64,000 bases of DNA, taken from NCBI GenBank assembly GCA_964399195.1, contig CAYNPY010000001.1, forward strand, positions 59 to 64,058. Direction: 5' to 3'. How positions within the stretch are numbered: the first letter of the stretch is position 1; each line of letters opens with the position of its first letter. A program made the translations under genes and the position numbers. This document shows positions 56,047-64,000 of the stretch, piece by piece. The notes beneath the pieces are model-generated. The model searched no databases. It was not told the origin of the DNA and worked only from the letters and a program-made list of their open reading frames with translations. The stretch comes from an uncultured Fibrobacteraceae bacterium. Lineage in GTDB: Bacteria > Krumholzibacteriota > Krumholzibacteriia > LZORAL124-64-63.

Positions 56047-56982
56047 ATGCTGCAGTTCTTCCGGAACGCCAACTTCAATTTCGTCGGCGCCATGAAGCCG
56101 TGCTTCGTCGCCTCGGCGGCGCTGGTGGTCGTCAGCCTGGTCCTGATGCTGATCCACGGCGGACCGCGGCTGAGCATCGACTTCACCGGCGGCTCCGTGC
56201 TTCAGGTGAAGTTCGCCGCCAGCCCCGGCATCAGCCAGGTGCGCGCCGACCTCGAGGCCAAGGGCTACGCCGGCGTCCAGGTGACGGAGTTCGGCGCCGC
56301 CAACGAGTACCTGATCACGGTGGCCTCGGCGAAGAACGCCAGCGGCGAGCAGGCGGCCGACACGGCCCAGAAGCTGCTGGAAGACCTGCGCACCACCTTC
56401 CCCGCCGCCGGCGTGGAGCTGCGGCGCGTGGAGTCGGTCGGTCCGAAGATCGGCGGCGAGCTGCGCACGGCGGCCATCAACTCGATCATCGCCGGCCTGT
56501 TCATGATCATCATCTACATCTGGCTGCGCTTCGTGCTGCGTTACGGTTTCGCGGCCATCGCGGCCCTGGTCCACGACGTGACGCTGACCCTGGGCATCTT
56601 CTCGCTGCTGGACCTGGAGGTCAGCCTGCAGATCGTGGCCGCGCTGCTGACGATCGTCGGCTACTCGATCAACGACACCATCGTGGTCTTCGACCGCATC
56701 CGCGAGAACATGAAGCTGCGCCGCAAGGAGAGCTACCGCGAGGTCATCAACCGCTCGATCAACGAGACGCTCAGCCGCACCATCCTGACCTCGGCCACGA
56801 CGATGGTGGTCTCGGTGATGCTGTGGACCATGGGCGGGCCGGTGATCCGGGACTTCGCCTTCGCGCTGAGCTTCGGCATCTTCATCGGCACGTACAGCTC
56901 GATCTTCATCGCCAGCCCGCTGCTGGTCTGGTGGTACGAGCGCCGGGCCGTCGATTCGAAGCGGGCGGCGCCGACGATGTAG
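56047..56982 (+). CDS. secF: Protein translocase subunit SecF
   Basis: The product carries IDFTGGS, a six-TM core and VVFDRIREN. It follows secD. Confidence 0.9.
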   Translation: MLQFFRNANFNFVGAMKPCFVASAALVVVSLVLMLIHGGPRLSIDFTGGSVLQVKFAASPGISQVRADLEAKGYAGVQVTEFGAANEYLITVASAKNASGEQAADTAQKLLEDLRTTFPAAGVELRRVESVGPKIGGELRTAAINSIIAGLFMIIIYIWLRFVLRYGFAAIAALVHDVTLTLGIFSLLDLEVSLQIVAALLTIVGYSINDTIVVFDRIRENMKLRRKESYREVINRSINETLSRTILTSATTMVVSVMLWTMGGPVIRDFAFALSFGIFIGTYSSIFIASPLLVWWYERRAVDSKRAAPTM

Positions 56983-57023
56983 CCGGGCAGGGGCGATCTC
57001 GCCCGTGCCTGCCGAGCCCATGC

Positions 57024-57067
57024 ATCAAAAACGCGGCCGCGCCCTGCAGGGCGCGGCCGCTTTCGTC
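57024..57067. terminator. Bidirectional rho-independent terminator (perfect 14-bp palindrome GCGGCCGCGCCCTG/CAGGGCGCGGCCGC flanked by A-run and T-run)
   Basis: The sequence CATCAAAAAC-stem-loop-TTTCGTC lies between the convergent secF (+) and cytochrome (-) genes. Confidence 0.75.
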
Positions 57068-57096
57068 GGGACTGGAGCGCGGGGCGGCCCGTCCGG

Positions 57097-58227
57097 TCAG
57101 GGATCCAGAGGCTGGACGCCGGGGACGGTCGCGCGGTGGCATTCGAGGCAGGCCCTGCCCTGGTCGTGGTTCTGCCCGTGGCACTTGCGGCACAGCTGGC
57201 GCTGATCCGGGTCGGGGTAGGGGCTCGGCAGGGGCCAGGAGCCGGAGGCGACGCCGTCGTCGGCCAGGTGGTAGACGCGGAAGTCCCAGCGCCCGGACGC
57301 CGGCGCCGACGAGGCGTGCGCGCGGTGGCAGGTCAGGCAGTGCAGGCGCCCGGCGGTGCCCGGCCCGGCGGTGCGGTCGACCGCGGCGTCGGCGGCCTCG
57401 AAGGGGACCTCCGGCAGGTACGACGTCCCGGCCGCGCCGCCGGTGGGGTTCGCATCGCCGTCGTACATCTCGTAACGCCGCCGCACGCCGGAATCGAGCA
57501 GTTCGTCGACAGGATGCCCGAAGGCCGTCCCGCCGCTGTCGTGGTAGAAGCCGTGGCAGTTCGCGCACCAGCGCGTCATGCCCGAGACGTAGGCGCTGTG
57601 CGCCAGCCTCGACTCCACCGCCGCCGGATCGGTCACCGGGAGCCCGACGGCCACCGGCGCCGGGTAGGCGAAGTGGGCGATGCCGCCCTGCACGGGTCCA
57701 ACGCCGCGCAACATCCGGAAGCCGGCGGTGCCGTGCGGGTCGTGGCAGCTGGTGCAGCCCAGCGAGGCGGACGGAAACGTGCCGCCGGGCGCGCGGGACC
57801 AGCGGCTCTCGGCGGTCAGCCCCCAGGCCGGGGAGACGATGCTGTGGCCGGCGGCCTCGCCGGGCAGGCGCGGCGCCAGGGGGTCGGTGGCGTCGTCCAG
57901 GTCGTCCTCCAGCAGGAACACGAAGTTGCCCGCGCCGAGTTCGCGCGGCGGCTGCAGCGGGTTGAGTCCCATGACGCCGTCGCCGTGGCAGGTCAGGCAG
58001 AGGTCGGTCGAGGAGGCGGCCAGCAGCAGCGGCCGCAGCCCGTCCAGCGCCACCTGTCCGGCGGCGGCGTCGTGCATCACGTGGCAGCGTTCGCAGGTGC
58101 CCACGCCGCCGTCGTGGAACGCGCCGGCCGCGGGCGGAAGGCAGGCGCCGACGGCGGCCAGCGCAACCGCGGCAGCCGCGGCGCGCGGGCGCCGGGAATC
58201 TGAGGATCGGTATGCAGGGATCGCCAT
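57097..58227 (-). CDS. Multiheme c-type cytochrome (7 CxxCH motifs), secreted, 376 aa
   Basis: The ATG at 58227 gives a product starting MAIPAYR with a signal peptide. The heme-binding motifs are CERCH, CLTCH, CTSCH, CANCH, CLTCH, CRKCH and CLECH. It is a paralogue of the next gene. Confidence 0.85.
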   Translation of the reverse strand: MAIPAYRSSDSRRPRAAAAAVALAAVGACLPPAAGAFHDGGVGTCERCHVMHDAAAGQVALDGLRPLLLAASSTDLCLTCHGDGVMGLNPLQPPRELGAGNFVFLLEDDLDDATDPLAPRLPGEAAGHSIVSPAWGLTAESRWSRAPGGTFPSASLGCTSCHDPHGTAGFRMLRGVGPVQGGIAHFAYPAPVAVGLPVTDPAAVESRLAHSAYVSGMTRWCANCHGFYHDSGGTAFGHPVDELLDSGVRRRYEMYDGDANPTGGAAGTSYLPEVPFEAADAAVDRTAGPGTAGRLHCLTCHRAHASSAPASGRWDFRVYHLADDGVASGSWPLPSPYPDPDQRQLCRKCHGQNHDQGRACLECHRATVPGVQPLDP

Positions 58228-58368
58228 GGACCGTCCGCCGGTGCGCGTGGGGGTGATCGCCGCCGCATCCGGGGCGGATCGCACGGAAAAATCATAGCAC
58301 ACGGGCCCGCGCGGCACCAGCGCGTCCGCCCCCGGCGGGCCGCGTGGAGCGGCAAGGCGGCGAAAGCG

Positions 58369-58400
58369 AGGGGCCCCGCGCGATCGCTCGCGCGGGGCCC
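58369..58400 (-). terminator. Strong hairpin (14-bp perfect stem GGGGCCCCGCGCGA/TCGCGCGGGGCCCC, 4-nt loop) between the two small cytochrome genes
   Basis: It lies 24 bp downstream of the stop of the 58424..59530 gene on the minus strand. It is followed on that strand by CGCTTTCG. Confidence 0.5.
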
Positions 58401-58423
58401 CGGAACAGCCGTCGGTCCTGGCC

Positions 58424-59530
58424 CTAGTGGGTGGCGCCGGGATGGTCGTACTGATCCTTCGCGTGGCACTTGTTGCACAGCGAGCGCTGGTTGGCCACGA
58501 ACGTGTAGTTGTAGTACTTGCGGTCGACGTCGGTCTGCACGAAGCCGACATCCGACGTGTTCGGGTGCGACTGCGAGATGAAGTTCACGCCCATGTCCCA
58601 GCGCGCGATGTCCGCGAACGGCGAGGCGTGCGCGCGGTGGCAGCTCAGGCACATGACTTCATCGACGCCCGTCGGGCCCTGCGTGTAGTTCGCGGGATCG
58701 GCGGTGGCCAGGTCGACGTTGACGGCCTCGAACGGCACCAGACCCCAGTACGAGGTGGCTTCGTTGCCGCTGACCAGGTCGTCCGAGCTCACGTACGCGT
58801 TGTAGGTCGCCGCGACCAGCGAGCCCATGGGCCGCGTCGGGTGCGTGAAGTCGGTCGTGTAGTCGGAGTGGAAGTCCCGGTGGCAGTTGGCGCACCAGTC
58901 GCTCATGCCGCTCTTGTAGATGGTGTGGTCGGTGTTCGTCTCCACGCCCGGCTGCGTGCCGTACGTGTTGCGCGAGTTGCCCTTGGCCAGCGGGGCCGGG
59001 TACTGGAAGCTGTACCGGGTGCCGCCGTAGATCGGGCCCATCTGGGTGCCGTAGAGCAGGCGGAAGTTCTCGTTGCCGTGCGGGTCGTGGCAGCTCGTGC
59101 AGCCGAGGCGCGAGCTGAGGAAGCTGCCGCCCGGGGCCGACGCCAGGGTGGCGTCCTGCGCGATGCCGCGCGCCGGCGAGATCACGTTGTGGCCGTGGCT
59201 GTCACCGGTGCTGTTGTACGTCGTGCCGCGCGACACCCAGGAGAAGGTGCGCGTGACCCAGTAGAAGTCGCCGCCGGGGCCGTAGCCCTCGCCGCTGCGG
59301 AACTGGCCGTAGTTGGCGTGGCAGCGCAGGCAGGTGTCCGAGGCACTGCCGGCGTTCAGCAGGTAGGCGTTGCCGTTCGGGTGAGCGGCGTCCACCGGCG
59401 CGCCGTTCTGGCTGTTGTGCATGGTATGGCAGCCGGCGCAGTAGGCGACGCCGGCGTCGTGGAACGCCAGCACCGAGCTGGCCGACAGGCCGAGCGCCAG
59501 CACCAGGGCGATCTTGATGAAAGTCTTCAC
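58424..59530 (-). CDS. Multiheme c-type cytochrome (6 CxxCH motifs), secreted, 368 aa
   Basis: The GTG start has a GGAGG RBS. The product starts MKTFIKIALVLALGLSASSVLA. The motifs are CAGCH, CLRCH, CTSCH, CANCH, CLSCH and CNKCH. It shares the LGCTSCHDPHG / WCANCH / CL[ST]CHRAHAS blocks with the 57097..58227 gene. Its composition is Asn/Tyr/Thr/Ser-rich and its GC is lower than its neighbours. Confidence 0.85.
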   Translation of the reverse strand: MKTFIKIALVLALGLSASSVLAFHDAGVAYCAGCHTMHNSQNGAPVDAAHPNGNAYLLNAGSASDTCLRCHANYGQFRSGEGYGPGGDFYWVTRTFSWVSRGTTYNSTGDSHGHNVISPARGIAQDATLASAPGGSFLSSRLGCTSCHDPHGNENFRLLYGTQMGPIYGGTRYSFQYPAPLAKGNSRNTYGTQPGVETNTDHTIYKSGMSDWCANCHRDFHSDYTTDFTHPTRPMGSLVAATYNAYVSSDDLVSGNEATSYWGLVPFEAVNVDLATADPANYTQGPTGVDEVMCLSCHRAHASPFADIARWDMGVNFISQSHPNTSDVGFVQTDVDRKYYNYTFVANQRSLCNKCHAKDQYDHPGATH

Positions 59531-59712
59531 GTGTGAGCCTCCGAGTGCGAGTTGACGTTTCCCGCGTGGCGGGACGCTTGCGAACTGTCGGCCGCGGGCC
59601 CGGGCTTCATCTCCCGGCGGGCCTGCGGCGCGCGATCGATCCTCCTTCAGGTCGACGCCCCTCAGACGAGCGATTCCCCGTACCAGGCCCGGTCCCGCAG
59701 GACCGGGCGCGT

Positions 59713-60702
59713 CTATTCAACCGTCCCGGCGGCCAGGACGCTGAACACCTGCACGCGACCGCGATAGCCCTGCGCCACGTAGAGGCGCCCGCCGGCGTCC
59801 GTCGCGATGGACACCGGATGGTAGAAGGCGCCCGGCGCGTCGCCGACCACGCCGAATTCACCGCTGAACTCCTGCCGGGCGTCGAAGGCCAGGACCTTGT
59901 GCCGCATCTGGTCCAAAACCAGCAGCGAGCCGTCCGGGCCGGCCGCCACGGCCACCGGCGCCACGAACCGGCCGGGCGAGGCGCCGAAGCGCCCGAACGA
60001 CGCGCGCACGGCGCCGCCTTCCTCGACCAGCAGGATCCGGTGCAGGTTGGCGCCGGGCACCGCGTAGGTGCCGTCCGGCAGCTGGACCGGCCGCCCGAGG
60101 CCCAGTTCGAGTCCGCGGTCGCCGCTCTCGGGCTCGGCGATGACTGCCGACCACAGGACGGCGCCGGTTTCGGCGTCGTGCTTGGCCATCAGGCCGCTCG
60201 CGTCGTCGACCGTGACGTAGTTGCCGTCGCGGGCGACCAGCACGCGACCCGGGCGCCAGCCTTCGCGCGGCGCCTGGGCGGCCCAGCCGTCGGGCTCGCC
60301 GTACACGTCCAGCCGCGCGAGCGTGCGCCGGGCGCCTCCGCTGAGCGAGACGGCGACCAGGCGGCCGGCGTGGTCGATGGCGCCGTCGACCGGCTGCGAC
60401 AGTTCCGCGTAGCCGGAGGTGCGGAAGGCCTCGACGCCCGCGGCGTTGAACACGTGCAGCACGCCGTGCGCGGCGTCGGTCACGACCATGCCGCCGGTGC
60501 GGTCGTCGCAGGTGACGGCCGCGGGCAGCAGGCGCCCGTCCTCGTGGCGCTGCAGTTCAAGGCTCGATTCGTAACGGAACTCGAAACGGTATCCGGCTGT
60601 CCTCGCGTCGGTTGCGGACAGGGCCGGCGCAGGGAGGGCAGATGCGAGCAGGGCCAGCGCCGCGCTTGTCAGCGCGCCAACACCCCACGGGTGTCGGTGC
60701 AT
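59713..60702 (-). CDS. Secreted NHL-repeat beta-propeller protein
   Basis: It has a signal peptide (ALTSAALALLASALPAPALSA) and repeated [YF]-x-P-x-G[IV]A / GR[LI][YL]VAD-like NHL blades (GRLYVAQGYRGRVQVF). Confidence 0.65.
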   Translation of the reverse strand: MHRHPWGVGALTSAALALLASALPAPALSATDARTAGYRFEFRYESSLELQRHEDGRLLPAAVTCDDRTGGMVVTDAAHGVLHVFNAAGVEAFRTSGYAELSQPVDGAIDHAGRLVAVSLSGGARRTLARLDVYGEPDGWAAQAPREGWRPGRVLVARDGNYVTVDDASGLMAKHDAETGAVLWSAVIAEPESGDRGLELGLGRPVQLPDGTYAVPGANLHRILLVEEGGAVRASFGRFGASPGRFVAPVAVAAGPDGSLLVLDQMRHKVLAFDARQEFSGEFGVVGDAPGAFYHPVSIATDAGGRLYVAQGYRGRVQVFSVLAAGTVE

Positions 60703-60920
60703 GCAAACTGCGGCCAAGGTGCGGGGCATCTGTCACGCTCACGTCATGAAGCCGGGGTTTGCGGCGCCCAAGCGGGCTTTTCTTGTCACGGAGATATCAT
60801 ATCACATGGGCGGTGGATGTCAATCATGTCGCCAAAAAAAAAACGTGGGTTCGGTCATGCAGATGACTTTCGCTATCAAAACCTGACCGACCGTCATTCG
60901 GGAAGCCGGTCGCCATGGTG

Positions 60921-60962
60921 GAAAAAACGGCCCCGGCGGCGCCGCGAGGGCACCGCCGGGGC
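60921..60962 (-). terminator. Rho-independent terminator of the giant cytochrome gene (10-bp stem GCCCCGGCGG/CCGCCGGGGC, then U6 on minus strand)
   Basis: On the minus strand the hairpin is followed by CGUUUUUUC. It lies 49 bp downstream of the stop at 61011, in a 300-bp lower-GC intergenic region that also contains an A10/T10 run (60836-60845). Confidence 0.65.
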
Positions 60963-61010
60963 TCGCTGTCCGTGGTCCGCCGAACGGGCCGCGGGCGGCT
61001 GCGCCGCCGC

Positions 61011-64000
61011 TCAGCCTCCCGTCCGCAGCTTGTCGGAGTGGCAGCCGACGCAGAGCTTGCCCTCCGGATCGTCGCGCATGAACCGCGCGAACGGCGAGCC
61101 ATGGGGGTCGTGGCAGCTGCCGCAGGTCATCGTCCGGCCTGTCCGGGGGTCGATCGCGTCCTCGCCGATCGGGTGGTCGGTGTGGTCGCGATAGGTGTGG
61201 CAGCTGAGGCAGACTTCCCGCTGGGTCTTGCCGTCGGCGCCGATTCCGCTCAGGTGCGGGTCGTGGCAGGCGGTGCAGTCGCGGCCGTCGACCACCGGAT
61301 GCCGGTGCGCCGCGGTCCGGTTGGCGTCCGCCTCGGCCTGGTGGCAGCGGGCGCAGACCAGCGCCTGGCGGGCCGGCAGCAGCGGCGAGACCGGCGCCGT
61401 GTGCGCCGCGTGGCAGTTGGTGCAGGCATCTTCGCCGGCCAGCGCGCCGTGCAGCTTGGCGTCCTTCAGGCTGGCCGCCAGGCCGGGGTGGCAGGACAGG
61501 CACAGCGCCGGCTGGGCCTGCTTGGTCGCCACGGCCGTGCCGGCATGGCAGGCGGCGCAGTTGCCGGCCCCGAAGGGCTGGTGCACGTGTTCGTGCGGCA
61601 GGTTCGCGCGCTTGGCCGCGTGCGGAGCGTGGCAACCCGAGCAGTCGGCCTGTGCGACCGGGAAGCCGCGGTGCTTGGCCGGCAACCCTGCCGGCGCGTG
61701 GCACCTGGCGCACAAGACGCTCGGCTGGTCCAGGAGGCTCATCGCCTGATTCGTGCCGTGCGGGTCGTGGCAGCGCGTGCAGTCGCCCGAGCGCAGCGGC
61801 GCGTGCACGACCGGCCACTTCTTCTGGGCCTCGACCGCCTCGTGGCAGCTCGAGCAGAGCGCGGCGGCCGGCTTGACCAGCAGCTTCGGCTCGCTCGAGG
61901 CGTGCGCCTGGTGGCAGGCTTCGCAGCGGCCGTCCCGCACCGGCGTGTGGGCCAGCTCGGGCTTCGGGGCCAGGTCGGCCGGCGCGTGGCAGGCGGCGCA
62001 GGCGTCGCTGGTCCGCGCCGACGGCAGCAGGGCCGGGCCGCGGGCCACGTGCGGGTTGTGGCAGGAGGCGCAGTCGCCTTCGGCGAACGGCGCGTGCGTC
62101 GTCTGCCGCGGCGCCGACGGCTCCGGCAGGCCGTCGTGGCACTGCAGGCACGTCTGGCGCTGGTCGGTCACCGGCGCGGCGCCCTCGTGGCACGAGGCGC
62201 AGTCGCGGTCGCCGAACGGGGCGTGCGCGGCGGCGGCCATCAGCCCCGGCGCGGTGGAGTGGTGCGGCTCGTGGCAGCCCAGGCAGTCCATCCGCAGCGG
62301 ATCGCGCCCGAGATGCTTGTCGGCGAAACCGGCGCTCTTCTCGTCGTGGCAGCCGAAGCAGAGGCCCGGGGCCGGCTCGCGCAGGAACCCGGCGCCCGCG
62401 CCGCCATGCGGCAGATGGCAGTCCAGGCAGGCGTCGCGGCTCGGGGGGTGGATGGACACCGCGCCCTTCGGCGCGGCCACGTCCTCGTGGCACAGGGCGC
62501 AGAGCTTGTCGGCGTCGGTCGCCAGCAGCGCCTTGCGCGGCGAGCGGTGCGCGTCGTGGCACGCGGTGCAGTTGCCGGCGGCCACCGGTTCGTGCCCGCG
62601 CCAGTCGCCTCCCGCCGGCGTTCCCGTGTCGTGGCAGGCGGCGCACGTCGCCCCCGGCGCCTGGCGCAGCAGGCCGCGCTCGGGTCCGCCGTGGGGCAGG
62701 TGGCAGTCCAGGCAGGCGCCCTCGGCAGCGGGCGCGTGGAGCGTCCCTCCGGCCGGCTGCTGGTCGAAGCCGGCGTGACAGCCGGCGCACAGGGCGGCCG
62801 AGGCGTTCTTGAGCAGCGCGGGCTGCGGCGCCGTGTGCGGCAGGTGGCAGGCGGTGCACTCGCCGCGCGCGGCGACCGCGTGCGGGTACGTCGCGATCGT
62901 CTCCATCTGCACCTTGGTGTGGCAGCCCAGGCAGAGCGAGCCGACGGTGTCGACCAGCAGCGTCTTGCGCTCGGAACTGTGCGGCGTATGGCAGACCGTG
63001 CAATCCCGCTTGACCAGCGGCGCGTGCACCGAGGCCGGAGCCGGCGCGGCATCGTCCGGCAGGACGCCCGCATGGCAGCCCGCGCAGAGCGTGTTGGTCG
63101 CCTCCTTCAGCAGCCCCTTGTGGTCGGAGCCGTGGGCGCCATGGCAGGTGGTGCAGTCCCCGCTGGCCACGGGTTCGTGGCGCACCGGCAGCTGGAACGG
63201 CTGCTCCTCGTGGCACTCCAGGCACAGACGCCGCTCCTCGGCGACCAGCAGCGCCGGACGCGCGCTGCCGTGCGGCGCATGGCACTGCCCGCATTCCTTC
63301 GACGCGGCGGGCTCGTGCGGCACCTTGAAGGCCGCCGACGGATCCTCGTGGCACTGCAGGCAGAGCTCGGCGGCCGGCACGGCCAGCGCGGCGCCGCCCG
63401 CCGCGTCGGCGGCATGGCACGCCGAGCAGTCGTTGTCCTGCATCGGCGCGTGGGTCACGGCGTGCAACAGGCCCTCGGAGTCCGAGCTGTGCGGGTCGTG
63501 GCAGGAGACGCAGCCGGCCAGCCCGCCCTGCCCGCCATGGTCGCGCTGGAGGCGCGCGCGGTCGGCATGGCAGCCGAAGCAGAGATCGTCGCCGGCGCGG
63601 ACCAGGAGCCCCCGGTGCGCCGAGGAGTGCGGGTCGTGGCAGGCCGCGCAGCCCTCGCGGGCGAGCGGCCGGTGGACGTGGCGGCGCTTGAAGGGGGCAT
63701 CCTCGTGGCAGGCCAGGCAGGACTGCCACCCGGGAGCGGACAGCAGCCCGGGGTGGCCCGAGCCGTGCGGATCGTGGCAGGCCGAGCAATCGCCCTCGCG
63801 CAGCGGCTCGTGGACGACCGCGGCGCGCGTCACGTCCTTGTAGCCCTCGTGGCAGGCCAGACACAGGTCCCGGCCCGAGGCCTGCAGGACCAGCTTGCCG
63901 ATCACGCCGTGCCGCCGGTGGCAGCCCTCGCAGTTGCGCGTCGCGAACGGCTCGTGCGCGTTCTTGGTCGGCACCTGCTTGAGCGTTTCCTGATGGCAGT
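61011..64000 (-). CDS. Giant polyheme c-type cytochrome, at least 41 CxxCH motifs in the window; 5' end lies beyond the window
   Basis: The 61011..63974 frame is an uninterrupted series of CxxCH motifs (CEGCH, CLACH, CSACH, ...) in repeating units of about 75 aa with about 3 hemes each, resembling c7/c3-type triheme modules. The reading frame stays open to the window edge, where the upstream codons read ...CHQETLKQ, another heme motif. The alternative frame 60820..63864 has no heme motifs and is Arg/Pro/Gly-rich, so it is rejected. Confidence 0.85.
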   Translation of the reverse strand, partial: CHQETLKQVPTKNAHEPFATRNCEGCHRRHGVIGKLVLQASGRDLCLACHEGYKDVTRAAVVHEPLREGDCSACHDPHGSGHPGLLSAPGWQSCLACHEDAPFKRRHVHRPLAREGCAACHDPHSSAHRGLLVRAGDDLCFGCHADRARLQRDHGGQGGLAGCVSCHDPHSSDSEGLLHAVTHAPMQDNDCSACHAADAAGGAALAVPAAELCLQCHEDPSAAFKVPHEPAASKECGQCHAPHGSARPALLVAEERRLCLECHEEQPFQLPVRHEPVASGDCTTCHGAHGSDHKGLLKEATNTLCAGCHAGVLPDDAAPAPASVHAPLVKRDCTVCHTPHSSERKTLLVDTVGSLCLGCHTKVQMETIATYPHAVAARGECTACHLPHTAPQPALLKNASAALCAGCHAGFDQQPAGGTLHAPAAEGACLDCHLPHGGPERGLLRQAPGATCAACHDTGTPAGGDWRGHEPVAAGNCTACHDAHRSPRKALLATDADKLCALCHEDVAAPKGAVSIHPPSRDACLDCHLPHGGAGAGFLREPAPGLCFGCHDEKSAGFADKHLGRDPLRMDCLGCHEPHHSTAPGLMAAAAHAPFGDRDCASCHEGAAPVTDQRQTCLQCHDGLPEPSAPRQTTHAPFAEGDCASCHNPHVARGPALLPSARTSDACAACHAPADLAPKPELAHTPVRDGRCEACHQAHASSEPKLLVKPAAALCSSCHEAVEAQKKWPVVHAPLRSGDCTRCHDPHGTNQAMSLLDQPSVLCARCHAPAGLPAKHRGFPVAQADCSGCHAPHAAKRANLPHEHVHQPFGAGNCAACHAGTAVATKQAQPALCLSCHPGLAASLKDAKLHGALAGEDACTNCHAAHTAPVSPLLPARQALVCARCHQAEADANRTAAHRHPVVDGRDCTACHDPHLSGIGADGKTQREVCLSCHTYRDHTDHPIGEDAIDPRTGRTMTCGSCHDPHGSPFARFMRDDPEGKLCVGCHSDKLRTGG

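Noticed and set aside
60820-63864. Alternative 1014-aa frame overlapping the giant cytochrome
   Set aside because: It has no CxxCH motifs and is Arg/Pro/Gly-rich. The 61011..63974 frame has about 41 heme-binding motifs and a proper terminator.

Overview
This is a very high-GC (about 70%) bacterial chromosomal segment with dense, mostly housekeeping coding. I found no rRNA, tRNA, CRISPR array or obvious mobile element. The many very long extra ORFs in the six-frame track are antisense or off-frame artefacts of the GC content.

Genes recognised, left to right:
- sdhA (partial) and sdhC on the minus strand.
- A GT-C-like membrane glycosyltransferase.
- A minus-strand operon: TPR secreted protein, beta-propeller, membrane fusion protein, RND permease, RND permease, M20 amidohydrolase.
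- A PhzF-like protein and a lipoprotein.
- ackA-pta, an Rrf2 regulator, adenosine deaminase and 6-phosphofructokinase.
- A second GT-C-like membrane protein and a GAF-PP2C phosphatase.
- A MoxR/DUF58/BatA_N operon followed directly by nifU-nifS.
- mfd and two parvulin-type PPIases.
- A GT2-TPR protein.
- ftsE-ftsX-envC, holB, a PSP1/RicT-like protein, tatD and ksgA.
- An outer-membrane beta-barrel gene followed by two lipoprotein genes, with a near-consensus promoter in an AT-rich islet between the lipoproteins.
- A divergent polysaccharide deacetylase and a DUF362-ferredoxin.
- secD-secF with a textbook bidirectional terminator.

The most unusual region is the last 7 kb on the minus strand. 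It holds a multiheme c-type cytochrome cluster:
- two paralogous cytochromes of about 370 aa, with 6 and 7 CxxCH motifs;
- an NHL beta-propeller protein;
- a giant polyheme cytochrome with at least 41 CxxCH motifs in the window, which continues past the window end.

The four genes are separated by strong hairpin terminators. This is a candidate extracellular or periplasmic electron-transfer module.
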